Of a DNA stretch of 42,447 bases, positions 1 through 8,888 are shown piece by piece (position 1 is the stretch's first letter; every line of letters starts with the position of its first letter). A model generated the notes under the pieces. It saw only the letters and a list, made by a program, of their open reading frames with translations. It ran no database searches and was not told the DNA's origin. This DNA is from Candidatus Thorarchaeota archaeon (lineage in GTDB: Archaea > Asgardarchaeota > Thorarchaeia > Thorarchaeales > Thorarchaeaceae): NCBI GenBank assembly GCA_048884785.1, contig JBHLQM010000025.1, positions 1 through 42,447 on the forward strand, written 5' to 3'. A program made the position numbers and the translations under genes.

Positions 1-92
1 GGTATGATTCTTGCTTGGGGCGACTGATGGTCATCGGGCCTCAAGTCACAGAGTGCAAGAGATCGGGTGTTCAAATCACCCCCGGCCCACCA
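1..92 (+). tRNA. tRNA-Pro(GGG) with canonical 37/38 intron; 5' end truncated by window edge; genome-encoded CCA
   Basis: Starts at D-loop GG; anticodon stem CTTGC(10-14)/GCAAG(55-59), loop TT-GGG-G[intron]T; T-arm GGGTG-TTCAAAT-CACCC; 3' acceptor strand CCGGCCC-A-CCA (ends 92). Confidence 0.93.
21..53 (+). other. 33-nt tRNA intron with relaxed bulge-helix-bulge motif
   Basis: GACT(22-25) pairs with AGTC(44-47); central helix TTGG(15-18)/ACAG(48-51) has one G-A mismatch; 3-nt bulges GGC(19-21) and AGT(52-54). Confidence 0.85.
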
Positions 93-110
93 TACATTTT
101 TACTGGTGCC

Positions 111-677
111 CTAAGAAATCTGCCATAGAGTTTCGTAGATAGGTCCCGCTGGTGTCAAAGTGCTTTTTGTCATTCTGATGCAATCTACAGTCATTGTTCC
201 CACTGATTCGTCAGAAAGAGCACTTAGGTTCTCACTGATCCGTTGCCGGTCATTAACTGCTCTTACCCTTGCAATCGTAGCATGTGGAGTGAATTTATTT
301 TCTTTCTGATATCCAAGGCCAGCTAGGATGTCATCTGTACGAACCTTAAGGTCACGCATCATCTCTGCGTTATGAGTCACGCCTACCCAGATTACTCTGG
401 GACGATGAATACTTGGAAATGCCCCTACACCTCTGACCTCAATCGTAAATGGCGAGATTTCGATACTCTCTAGTTCTGAGTGAATTTTTTCTACTCTTGC
501 CGTAGATGTATCACCAAAAAAGCGCCAAGTAAAATGGATATTCTCTAATTCCACCATCTTCATTTTTGCCGAATGAGTATCAAGTTTGGATTGAATCAGC
601 TTAATCCTCGATAATAGGGAGTCATCATTTATATCCACGCTCAAGAAAACTCGAATCTGATCTGTCAAATGACTCAT
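111..677 (-). CDS. thpR: RNA 2',3'-cyclic phosphodiesterase (2H phosphoesterase, LigT/ThpR)
   Basis: Two HxT motifs (HFTW, HATI), GAFP...PRVIWVG, LTPAGPIY C-terminus. Confidence 0.93.
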   Translation of the reverse strand: MSHLTDQIRVFLSVDINDDSLLSRIKLIQSKLDTHSAKMKMVELENIHFTWRFFGDTSTARVEKIHSELESIEISPFTIEVRGVGAFPSIHRPRVIWVGVTHNAEMMRDLKVRTDDILAGLGYQKENKFTPHATIARVRAVNDRQRISENLSALSDESVGTMTVDCIRMTKSTLTPAGPIYETLWQIS

Positions 678-786
678 CTCACACGTCTACTATTTGCAAT
701 ACAAGCAAATTAGGGTGATGGTCTTTTGGTTCTACGGGAATTCTTAAAGCGTAATCAGTAAACGTGCAGGTGGTGTAAGAAGGTAG

Positions 787-1914
787 TTGAAGAAGCGCAA
801 AGATTCAGGATTGGACTTGCCGACCACTGTTCGGGAAACAGGGAAAAAGATTGAACGTAAGCGAAGTGCCGAGGTCCCGGATGCAAAGATACTGGTTTTG
901 CGTGATATTGGATATCCCTTTAGACTAAAGGGCGACCCAAAACCATCAGGACTTGAAATAGACAACCAAGAGCTCTTTTCTGACTATGCTCGAGAACAAT
1001 GGGCAGGAACCGTCATACGAGAGGGAATGTATCTTTTTGACAGGTATATAATTCCAGATTTCGCATTCCAAGTTGCCAAGATAGATCCTCCTGAATCAGT
1101 GATCACAAGGAAAACACAAATCATATTGGAATCAAGGGAACTCATCTCTGCAATTCCAGGCCCTGCTGTGACATTAAACGAAGTCATAGGCCATAATTCT
1201 GTCAAGCTAAAGTGCCGTGTTATTCTTAAATATCTCAAAAATCCATCACAATTTGGAGAATGGGCACCTAGGGCTGTTCTTTTCTATGGCCCTCCGGGGA
1301 CCGGAAAGACATTGACAGCCAAAGCATTGGCACATGAAGCAAATGCAGACATCATAACTGCCAAGGCACCAGATTTGATTGGAACACATGTCGGTGATGG
1401 AGGCCGTCGAATAAGTGCGCTATTCGAAGAAGCAAGAAAGAGAGCACCAACAATCATATTCATTGACGAACTAGATGCAATTGGCCTAGCCCGCTCGTTT
1501 CAGTCTATTAGAGGTGATGTTTCAGAGGTCGTAACTGCATTGCTGGCAGAGCTGGACAGGAACGAAGAGGGGTCTGGTATTGTTGTAGTTGGTGCTACAA
1601 ATGCACTGGCCTTGATTGATGCTGCAATCAGAAGCCGATTTGATACATCTTTTGAATTCTCTCTGCCTACTGCTGACGAACGACTAGAAATATTGAAACT
1701 CTACTCAGAGAGACTTCCAATTCCTTTGAATTTTGAAGTCAAGGAATTAGTTGGGATAACAGCAGGACTATCTGGGCGTGATCTTCGTGATAGAATTCTC
1801 AAGGAAGCCTTACATCAATCCATTTCAAAAGATAAGTCCGAAATAACACTTGAAACAGTTAGAGAAATCATAGAGGGACTAGGCATAAGAAAGAGTCCTG
1901 AGTATACTGTATAA
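787..1914 (+). CDS. Archaeal AAA+ ATPase with single AAA domain (COG1223-type)
   Basis: Walker A GPPGTGKT, Walker B IIFIDE, SRH ATN...DAAIRSRF; N-terminal YAREQW motif. Confidence 0.88.
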   Translation: MKKRKDSGLDLPTTVRETGKKIERKRSAEVPDAKILVLRDIGYPFRLKGDPKPSGLEIDNQELFSDYAREQWAGTVIREGMYLFDRYIIPDFAFQVAKIDPPESVITRKTQIILESRELISAIPGPAVTLNEVIGHNSVKLKCRVILKYLKNPSQFGEWAPRAVLFYGPPGTGKTLTAKALAHEANADIITAKAPDLIGTHVGDGGRRISALFEEARKRAPTIIFIDELDAIGLARSFQSIRGDVSEVVTALLAELDRNEEGSGIVVVGATNALALIDAAIRSRFDTSFEFSLPTADERLEILKLYSERLPIPLNFEVKELVGITAGLSGRDLRDRILKEALHQSISKDKSEITLETVREIIEGLGIRKSPEYTV

Positions 1915-1959
1915 TAACTGCCAAATGGCTTTGTAGAATGGAAGAGATAGTGACGAAAA

Positions 1960-2499
1960 ATGAAGCTAGTGATAATTACCGGAATGCCTGGGGCAGGAAA
2001 GAGCGAAGTTGCTACAGCATTTCAATCGGCTGGATTTCCGGTCATTATCATGGGTGATGTAATTCGCGAAGAAACACAACGCAGAGGATTAGACCCCACT
2101 CCATCAAATACAAAAAAAGTGATGCTTGATTTACGCGAGAAGGATGGTTTGGGCGCTGTTGCTATGCGTTGTTTAACAGAATTAAAGAGGATTGATTCAA
2201 GTCTTGTTGCAATTGAAGGATGCAGAAGCATAGCTGAAATTGACGTCTTTGATGACTTTGGAGAATCGGTAACAACAATCTGTGTTCACTCCTCACCAAA
2301 AGTACGATTCAATAGACTGCGCAGCAGAGCCCGTGATGATGCGCCTCAGGAATGGGAAGCCTTCAGAGAACGTGATTTGCGTGAGCTCTCCGTTGGCCTT
2401 GGCGGAGTCATCGCACTGAGTGACATTATGCTAATCAATGAAGGCACTCTTGATGAACTAAAAGAGCTCGCTCATAATGTCGTAAAGAGGTTCATCTAG
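1960..2499 (+). CDS. P-loop nucleotide kinase, UPF0200 / dephospho-CoA kinase-like
   Basis: ITGMPGAGKS, MGDVIRE, EGCRS, R.R.DD lid, RDLREL..GLG..IA..D. Confidence 0.85.
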   Translation: MKLVIITGMPGAGKSEVATAFQSAGFPVIIMGDVIREETQRRGLDPTPSNTKKVMLDLREKDGLGAVAMRCLTELKRIDSSLVAIEGCRSIAEIDVFDDFGESVTTICVHSSPKVRFNRLRSRARDDAPQEWEAFRERDLRELSVGLGGVIALSDIMLINEGTLDELKELAHNVVKRFI

Positions 2500-2500
2500 A

Positions 2501-2923
2501 ATGCAAATTCTCGTGAGAGCACCTGTTTTTCCCACTGAAGAAAAGAATAGAGTAGCTAATGCATTATCTAACCTGTTTCCTGAATCCATATTCACGTCGA
2601 CACAAGAGAACGAATTAATCTGGTTAGAATTCGAAACAACCAGTAGATCACTTCTAAACACACTTAGAAATATGATTCACGAAAACCGAATTATCGATGC
2701 GGCAAGAAGGATTCTTGAAAAGGAATGGACCGGAACAAGAACATCTATCCACTTTGACAAGCAAGTTGCGTATAAGTGCAAGCTCAGAATAGCTGAGCAA
2801 TCAGATAATCCCCCGCTCGGTTCTATTGAAGTGAACCTGGCACTAAAACACGAAACGGAGTTCTACGATTTTCTTTCATGGTTCACACCACCCACCAAGG
2901 ACGGACGAATTATGAAAAGCTAG
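2501..2923 (+). CDS. UPF0201 putative RNA-binding protein
   Basis: PVFPTEE..RV..AL.NLFP, I.DAAR, KQVA, PLG.I, P.TKDG; usual partner of UPF0200. Confidence 0.85.
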   Translation: MQILVRAPVFPTEEKNRVANALSNLFPESIFTSTQENELIWLEFETTSRSLLNTLRNMIHENRIIDAARRILEKEWTGTRTSIHFDKQVAYKCKLRIAEQSDNPPLGSIEVNLALKHETEFYDFLSWFTPPTKDGRIMKS

Positions 2924-3975
2924 ATTTTCACGCCAAGCAGTTCTCTACTTAATCCACTATGAACTCGTATAGGTATATCATATAATACAGGTAATCCAAC
3001 TTGGCCAAAAATAGCTCCAAGATTCATCTCTTGACTGCCACATATACATGCTAATCTATTTGAGTCAGTAAACTGTGATAGTTGAATAGCAAGCCTCTCC
3101 ACAAGATCCACCGCAAATGCACCTTGAGTTGAACTCGTTCGGCCATACGGCGGATCTGTAACAATGCAATCAAAATCTGAAACAGGCAAAAATCTTGAGT
3201 CTCCTTGGATTAGTACGAAGTTTCTTACATTCAAACCAAGCAGGTTCATCTTTGCTCCTCTCAATAGTTTCCAACTCAAATCTATGCCAATAACTCGTGC
3301 ACCAAGAAGTCCTGCTTCGCATAAAATACCACCAGCTCCACAAAAGGGATCCAACACGGTGGAATCACTTTTCACGCCTGCAATATTACACATCACTCTA
3401 GCAAGAAGTGAATTCATCATGCTTGGGTGAAAGAAGGATTTTGTGCTCGGCGTTCTTTGTGCAAGTATTCCTCGCTGCTGTGACAAGAACCCCTCACAGA
3501 AAAAAACCCCCTCTTGAGAAACAACAATAATTATCCTAACACGAGGATTAGCAAGAGAAACAGGAGCTCTACTTAATGTCCTTATCCTTTTTCCAATCTT
3601 CCGCACCAGTTCTTGCCTTTGTTCATAGCTCAGCAAATCATCTATCATACGAAGCTCCACAGAGAAGCTCTCTCCAGACTTTATCAGTTCAGGCATTGAA
3701 TCATAAGCAATCTGATTAGCTGTTGAATCGATATCACTGAACTCCTGCAATACAGTACCTGTTTCTCGTACCAGAGCTGCTCTATTGAGTAAAGACAAAA
3801 CCGGACTTTTCGGACAATCGATTATTCCTATACGACGATGCCATGAGATTCTGGCATTACTTGCCTCTGTTTCAACTAAAGATTCCACTTCTGCCCTTGC
3901 AAGTTTGATATTATCGCCAGAAAGTACAACGAAGTATTTAGACAATATAGCATCACTCGTAGAGATTATCTCCAC
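2920..3975 (-). CDS. trm11: tRNA m2G10/m22G10 methyltransferase (THUMP + Rossmann MTase); start may be TTG at 3945
   Basis: FFHPSMM..LARVMCN, LDPFCGAGG, TDPPYGR, VHSGLSR. Confidence 0.9.
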   Translation of the reverse strand: MEIISTSDAILSKYFVVLSGDNIKLARAEVESLVETEASNARISWHRRIGIIDCPKSPVLSLLNRAALVRETGTVLQEFSDIDSTANQIAYDSMPELIKSGESFSVELRMIDDLLSYEQRQELVRKIGKRIRTLSRAPVSLANPRVRIIIVVSQEGVFFCEGFLSQQRGILAQRTPSTKSFFHPSMMNSLLARVMCNIAGVKSDSTVLDPFCGAGGILCEAGLLGARVIGIDLSWKLLRGAKMNLLGLNVRNFVLIQGDSRFLPVSDFDCIVTDPPYGRTSSTQGAFAVDLVERLAIQLSQFTDSNRLACICGSQEMNLGAIFGQVGLPVLYDIPIRVHSGLSRELLGVKI

Positions 3976-4717
3976 CTAGGAATATCCGCTGAAACTCCCC
4001 ATACAATGTCTCAAATCCCATTGCCTGCTTGCCAGAAACTGGAATCACGGTTGGGCCACCACCAATCTCACCAAGCATCCGAAGAACAGACGTCGAGAAC
4101 TCTCGTATCAATCCACTAGATGACGCATTAAGTGCATCTTCCAACAAATAAGAATCCGAAGACCAATCAACAATTCTGTCCAGTTCCTCCTCTGACAGAA
4201 TATCGGCCTTGCTTAATAGATTCAATTGCGGAATTCCAAATCGGATATTGATTGACATCCCTAACAACATGGATGACAAATAGCCTGAGGGTATGCGAGC
4301 CATATTAGAATCGAGTAAGTAAAGCGAGATTGCCAAATCAGACCCACTAAGTGAAGAAACCATGAGAGGGCCTGAGTTGCGATATGCAAAGAGTTCCATC
4401 TGACCTGGACAGTCAACCAAAACATAATCTCTTCCAAGATCTGTAATTTCATCACGAATATCATTGGCATGGCTTATTGCCATATCCAATGATGCAACGA
4501 GTGCTCCGTTTGGTCCAAGCCCAAATTGCTGCATTATCTCCCCATAGTCAACATGGTCGCGTATATCGACATCAGAAGTATAGGGAGGCGATTCAACACC
4601 TGGATCCAGATTTACAACGGCAACACTGATTTCCGAAGACACTAACCAGTCTTCAAGAGCGGCCGTGAGCAAAGACTTTCCAGATCCCGCTGTACCAACA
4701 ATGAACATAAAGAACAT
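3953..4717 (-). CDS. GPN-loop GTPase
   Basis: GTAGSGKS, NLDPG, GLGPNGAL (GPN), DCPGQMELF, SKAD; start trimmed to ATG 4717 (alternative 4729) to remove overlap with the divergent gene. Confidence 0.92.
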   Translation of the reverse strand: MFFMFIVGTAGSGKSLLTAALEDWLVSSEISVAVVNLDPGVESPPYTSDVDIRDHVDYGEIMQQFGLGPNGALVASLDMAISHANDIRDEITDLGRDYVLVDCPGQMELFAYRNSGPLMVSSLSGSDLAISLYLLDSNMARIPSGYLSSMLLGMSINIRFGIPQLNLLSKADILSEEELDRIVDWSSDSYLLEDALNASSSGLIREFSTSVLRMLGEIGGGPTVIPVSGKQAMGFETLYGEFQRIFLGGDNLYE

Positions 4718-4847
4718 ACAAGAAACCATTTCATGTTCCTCTTTGAGTTCTTTGGTCTGGATATGAAACGAATAATTTCGACACAAGACGAATTTTTGAT
4801 GCAAACTTGCAACAACTCTTATCTTGAAGAGAATAGAAATTGAAACC

Positions 4848-5591
4848 ATGGATCAAAGTGAGGCACTCCAGCGACTTGCAGAAGCAATGGCAGGCGAAAT
4901 ATGTCTGGCTGAGAATGATCCCGGTGCCGTGATGAAACGGTGGCGAGAAAGATTTCAGATATCGCAAAAGAATCTAGCCAAACATCTTGAGGTTTCTCCG
5001 TCGGTGATAAGTGATTATGAGAGCGGGCGAAGGAAATCACCGCGAGTCGAAACAATAAAGAGATTCGTTGAAGGGCTAATTGAGATGGATGCGGCTAGTG
5101 GCGGAAGAATTGCCATGGCCCTAGAGAAGCTAGTGACCCCTGAGATAGCATCTGAAGCTATTCTTGACAGTAGAGAGTTTGGAGTACCATTTCCTGCACG
5201 ACTTCTTGCGGATAGGCTTGACTGCAAAGTACTTACACACAAGAGTCTCTTGGACCGTGACATATATGGATATACAGCATTGGATAGCATCAAGGCAATA
5301 GTTACGCTGACCCCCCAACAGTTGTTGCGTCTCTACGGAGGAACAACACAACGTGCCGCCATCCTGACAAACGTGAGTACAGGACGGTCGCCCATGGTGG
5401 CAATTAAAGCTAGTCAGATTGGAACCTCAGTTGCAGTGAAACCTGCAGTTGTAATTCTCCAAGGTGTAAAGGAGTTAGACCCCCTAGCAGTAAGAATTGC
5501 TGATAGCATACACTTGCCTCTCTGTGTATCAGAAATCAAAACCCCAGAAGAGCTTGTACGAGAACTCAGAACATTTGACCCTCATAAATGA
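4848..5591 (+). CDS. XRE-family HTH transcriptional regulator (COG1709-type, DRTGG/HPr-kinase-N-like C-terminal domain)
   Basis: KRWRERFQISQKNLA...SVISDYESGRRKSP; GYT.LDS, VSTGRSPMVAIK. Confidence 0.88.
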   Translation: MDQSEALQRLAEAMAGEICLAENDPGAVMKRWRERFQISQKNLAKHLEVSPSVISDYESGRRKSPRVETIKRFVEGLIEMDAASGGRIAMALEKLVTPEIASEAILDSREFGVPFPARLLADRLDCKVLTHKSLLDRDIYGYTALDSIKAIVTLTPQQLLRLYGGTTQRAAILTNVSTGRSPMVAIKASQIGTSVAVKPAVVILQGVKELDPLAVRIADSIHLPLCVSEIKTPEELVRELRTFDPHK

Positions 5592-5613
5592 TTGTCATCG
5601 TAAGGTGAAGAAT

Positions 5614-6909
5614 ATGGACTTTGACATCGAAATAAACGATCCCATTCACGGATTTATCGGTCTTACAGAGATAGAAACACGAATTATAAATTCAGAACCA
5701 TACCAACGTCTTCGTAGAATCAAGCAACTCTCTGGTGCGCACTATGTCTATCCCACAGCCGAACATACTCGATTTGGCCATTGTATAGGCGCATTGCATA
5801 TTGCAGGTCTTATTGGTAGACGGCTGTTATATCAACTAGGAATTGATGATGATACACTTCAGGAAGTGCGACTTGCAGGCCTTCTTCATGATATTGGACA
5901 TGGGCCATTTAGCCATGTCTTTGAGGAACCGCTGATTGAACGTCGTGGGTGGAATCATGAGGATGTGACAGAATGGATCATCCGTGAGAGTCAGATTGGC
6001 GAGATATTGGAGGAAGGTGGTATCTCAAAGAATCGAATAGCCGATTTGGTAAGAGGGCGTAGAACCAAGAAGATAGACAGCGTTGTAAGTGGAATTGCCG
6101 CCGGACAGGTGGATTCAGATAAGATGGACTACCTAATTCGGGACTCATTTTACTGTGGTGTGAACTATGGACTAGTAGACATTCACCGTCTCATCAACAG
6201 CATCGAAATAACACCTGACTATGAGATGTACTTTGATTTGGCGGCAAGAGGAGCATTGGAATCATTCCTAGTAGCTCGCTATGAGATGTTCCTAAATGTA
6301 TACTATCACAAAACAGTACGAAGCGTAGAGGTAATGCTAATCAAACTAATTGAAGCAGCTGACAGAGCTCTGAATATCACAGCTTTTGATACGCCTGATG
6401 AGTTTCTTGCTCTTGATGACATGTCACTTGTATCACGGATTAGACGTCTTAATCCATCCCAATCTGCTGATGCCAATGAGGCCGTCAGAATGATGAATAT
6501 GCTTGATTCAAGAATTCTATATAAATCTGCATTTGAGAAAGTTCTTCATACAGAGGATCGTTTTGTATCCAAGGTCCTCACGAAGCGGAAAGTTCGCGAG
6601 AGTCTTCAAGAGGAAATCGCCGCTTTAGCAAAAGTTCCTGCCGAAGATGTAATCGTAGACGTTCCAACATTACCTTCTGTTCCATATAATCCACATCAAT
6701 TAGACCCAATGGAAATCAAGATTTTTGAGATTATGGAGGGAAAACGAGTACCAAGAAATCTCTCCGAGGTATCCAATATAGCTCAGACAATGAAAGTGTA
6801 TCTGGATGTGATTCGTGTTTATACTTTTAATAGACATAGAGCAATGGTTGAACGAGCTGCGCGTGAAATATTCCAAGAATCTCCAGATGCAGCCCTCATA
6901 CATATGTAG
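5614..6909 (+). CDS. HD-domain dNTP triphosphohydrolase-like protein (SAMHD1/YwfO-like)
   Basis: DPIHG, QRLRRIKQL, HTRF.H, LLHDIGHGPFSH, D.DKMDYL.RD, VYYHKT; ATG 5614 preceded by SD AGGTGA. Confidence 0.9.
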   Translation: MDFDIEINDPIHGFIGLTEIETRIINSEPYQRLRRIKQLSGAHYVYPTAEHTRFGHCIGALHIAGLIGRRLLYQLGIDDDTLQEVRLAGLLHDIGHGPFSHVFEEPLIERRGWNHEDVTEWIIRESQIGEILEEGGISKNRIADLVRGRRTKKIDSVVSGIAAGQVDSDKMDYLIRDSFYCGVNYGLVDIHRLINSIEITPDYEMYFDLAARGALESFLVARYEMFLNVYYHKTVRSVEVMLIKLIEAADRALNITAFDTPDEFLALDDMSLVSRIRRLNPSQSADANEAVRMMNMLDSRILYKSAFEKVLHTEDRFVSKVLTKRKVRESLQEEIAALAKVPAEDVIVDVPTLPSVPYNPHQLDPMEIKIFEIMEGKRVPRNLSEVSNIAQTMKVYLDVIRVYTFNRHRAMVERAAREIFQESPDAALIHM

Positions 6910-6953
6910 TGCTCTACAATCATTTGAAATACAAAAGGAAAAGATTGTGGAGA

Positions 6954-6960
6954 TTATATA
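6954..6960 (+). promoter_or_regulatory. Putative TATA box for the roadblock-DENN-GTPase operon
   Basis: TTATATA about 50 nt upstream of the 7013 start, in a 103-nt intergenic gap. Confidence 0.45.
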
Positions 6961-7012
6961 GTCAACCGAGAGATTCATCAATGGACCACAATCAAGGTCC
7001 GGAGCTGAGACT

Positions 7013-7960
7013 TTGACTGATGATCTCAATGAAGCCTTGCAGAACATCAAGATGACTACAGGAGTCGAGAATGTAGTCCTAATCCAGAAAGATGGACTAC
7101 CTGTTGCAAGTGCAGGTGTATGGTTTAGCAAGGAAGAGGTTTTTGCAGTAGCATCATCTACTTGTGCAATCTTCGGTGTTGCAAAATTGATACATGGAAA
7201 CTTCAAGTATCTCTTAATGGAATCAGAAACATCCAAGGTCTTTCTGGCATCTCTTCCAAACAATCCTGATTATTTCCTAGCGATTACAACTGCGCCTAGG
7301 GTGAACTTAGCCGCACTTTTCATCGAGATGCGTGACAGTTTTTCCCGTATCTCATATTTGCTAAAGCAACATATCGATGGTCGACTTCCCCCACTGCGTT
7401 CATATAGTTCAGAAGAAACTCAGAAAGTATTGAGTGGATTTTCAGTTGCAGAAGGCAACGCCCCCTCTTATTCCACATCACGCTCAATGATATCCCTTGA
7501 CCGTTCTCAGGCTCTCGGTCTTCGATCCATTCTTCGACAGTTGCATGACAGTATACCCAACATTGATTCCGTGTTTTTGTCCCTTAGCGGCGGCGTCAGG
7601 GTGTCATTAGATGGATTCACGAATGATAGACTTGCAGCTATGTCATTCGCACTACATGATGCATCTGAACGGGTAGTTCGAACACTCAGGAATAGTTCAC
7701 TTCAGACCGTTTTATGTGAAACAGATGACACGCGTCATTTCATCTATGCCGTTCCTAATGGAGTGTTTAGTTTGTGGGTGAAGCGTGACACACAAAAATT
7801 AGGTCTCATGCGACTTCTGTTGAAGCACTACATCGCAGAAACTCAGAGAATTCTTAGTTCGGCTTCAGTGACTCGTCCGGCATTGCCCCAAGAATTACGT
7901 GAACTAATACTTTCCGAACGTCCCAAGAGGGATCTTATTGTAGCGAGGCGAAATACATGA
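7013..7960 (+). CDS. Tandem Roadblock/LC7 (MglB/LAMTOR-like) domain protein
   Basis: Domain 1 (aa ~1-119): GVENVVLIQKDGLPVAS...VNLAALF; domain 2 (aa ~165-280): IDSVFLSLSGGVRV...LAAMS.AL...KLGLMRL. Confidence 0.82.
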   Translation: MTDDLNEALQNIKMTTGVENVVLIQKDGLPVASAGVWFSKEEVFAVASSTCAIFGVAKLIHGNFKYLLMESETSKVFLASLPNNPDYFLAITTAPRVNLAALFIEMRDSFSRISYLLKQHIDGRLPPLRSYSSEETQKVLSGFSVAEGNAPSYSTSRSMISLDRSQALGLRSILRQLHDSIPNIDSVFLSLSGGVRVSLDGFTNDRLAAMSFALHDASERVVRTLRNSSLQTVLCETDDTRHFIYAVPNGVFSLWVKRDTQKLGLMRLLLKHYIAETQRILSSASVTRPALPQELRELILSERPKRDLIVARRNT

Positions 7961-8877
7961 GTTATTCAATACTAAATCTTATCGAAATAATGAACGATGA
8001 GTTTCCTCTTCTGTTGAATTCGATCCTCAATCGAATTCCCATATTAGTCATAGGTGATGACATTGAACTGGTAGATGATATGGTAGAGAGTGTAATCTCT
8101 CTCAGTCCCCACAGACACAAGATGGTTTTTTGGAGAGACTTCACTGCAGAAGATGAAATCATCGCTGTCTGGGAGGAAGAAAAGCACAACTACGAAGTGA
8201 ATCGTACAGTAGTATGCTGCCTTGCCTCAAATATGAGGCTCGCATTGGAGAGAATAAAGAGATTCAATGGATGGATAATAGGAATCCCTGTAGGTTACAG
8301 TTCCATGGGACTGAAGGTGACGGAGGACAATCTCAAGGAAATACAGACGCACATCTTGCAGATTTCAAAAGCCTGCGGAATTTTAAAACTCTCGTCCCCT
8401 TCTTCCATGGAATTTAGTCTTCTCAATGTTGAGCAAGGCGGACTTGAAGTTGAAAAAAGAATTGTGGATAAGATTCTGACACGAAAGAACCAATCATTGG
8501 AAAGGATACGTCGCTTGCTCAGTAAATCTCTCCGTGGATCAAATATCTCTGATGGTATAATGAATGCTGTACTAAAGCTAGATGACGAATCAGAGAAGAT
8601 TACACATGATATGTTTGTTGAAGAAATCAGTAACTTTGTACACGCTGCAAGAAGAGCTGTGACACTACTCTCTCGAATAAGACTGGCAAGAGAACTCGGA
8701 ACATCCACCGTTCTCACAGAGAGGAATCTTTACGAAGCCATTGGTTGGGAGGGCGGCGAGCTGACTGATCTAATTCGTTTCATTCATGCAGAATGGCATG
8801 AAGACTTCTCAGATTGCGTCAAACTTGGAGCCCTCTCTGGACTCGGAGCATGGGTAGATAGTATGTGGGGTGCCTAG
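7957..8877 (+). CDS. Hypothetical protein, putative cDENN/dDENN (folliculin C-terminal-like) fold
   Basis: FPLLLNSILNRIPILVIGDDIELVDDMVESVISLSP and GWIIGIP resemble the cDENN pattern; ATGA-coupled to the roadblock gene. The CDS is secure, the fold call is inference. Confidence 0.55.
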   Translation: MSYSILNLIEIMNDEFPLLLNSILNRIPILVIGDDIELVDDMVESVISLSPHRHKMVFWRDFTAEDEIIAVWEEEKHNYEVNRTVVCCLASNMRLALERIKRFNGWIIGIPVGYSSMGLKVTEDNLKEIQTHILQISKACGILKLSSPSSMEFSLLNVEQGGLEVEKRIVDKILTRKNQSLERIRRLLSKSLRGSNISDGIMNAVLKLDDESEKITHDMFVEEISNFVHAARRAVTLLSRIRLARELGTSTVLTERNLYEAIGWEGGELTDLIRFIHAEWHEDFSDCVKLGALSGLGAWVDSMWGA

Positions 8878-8888
8878 GAGGAGTAGAC

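Noticed and set aside
21-53. Box C/D guide RNA inside the tRNA intron
   Set aside because: Only 33 nt; no RTGATGA box C with a downstream CTGA box D
6700-7263. 187-aa minus-strand ORF and the many other short antisense or out-of-frame ORFs in the track
   Set aside because: They overlap well-supported genes and carry no motifs; shadow ORFs
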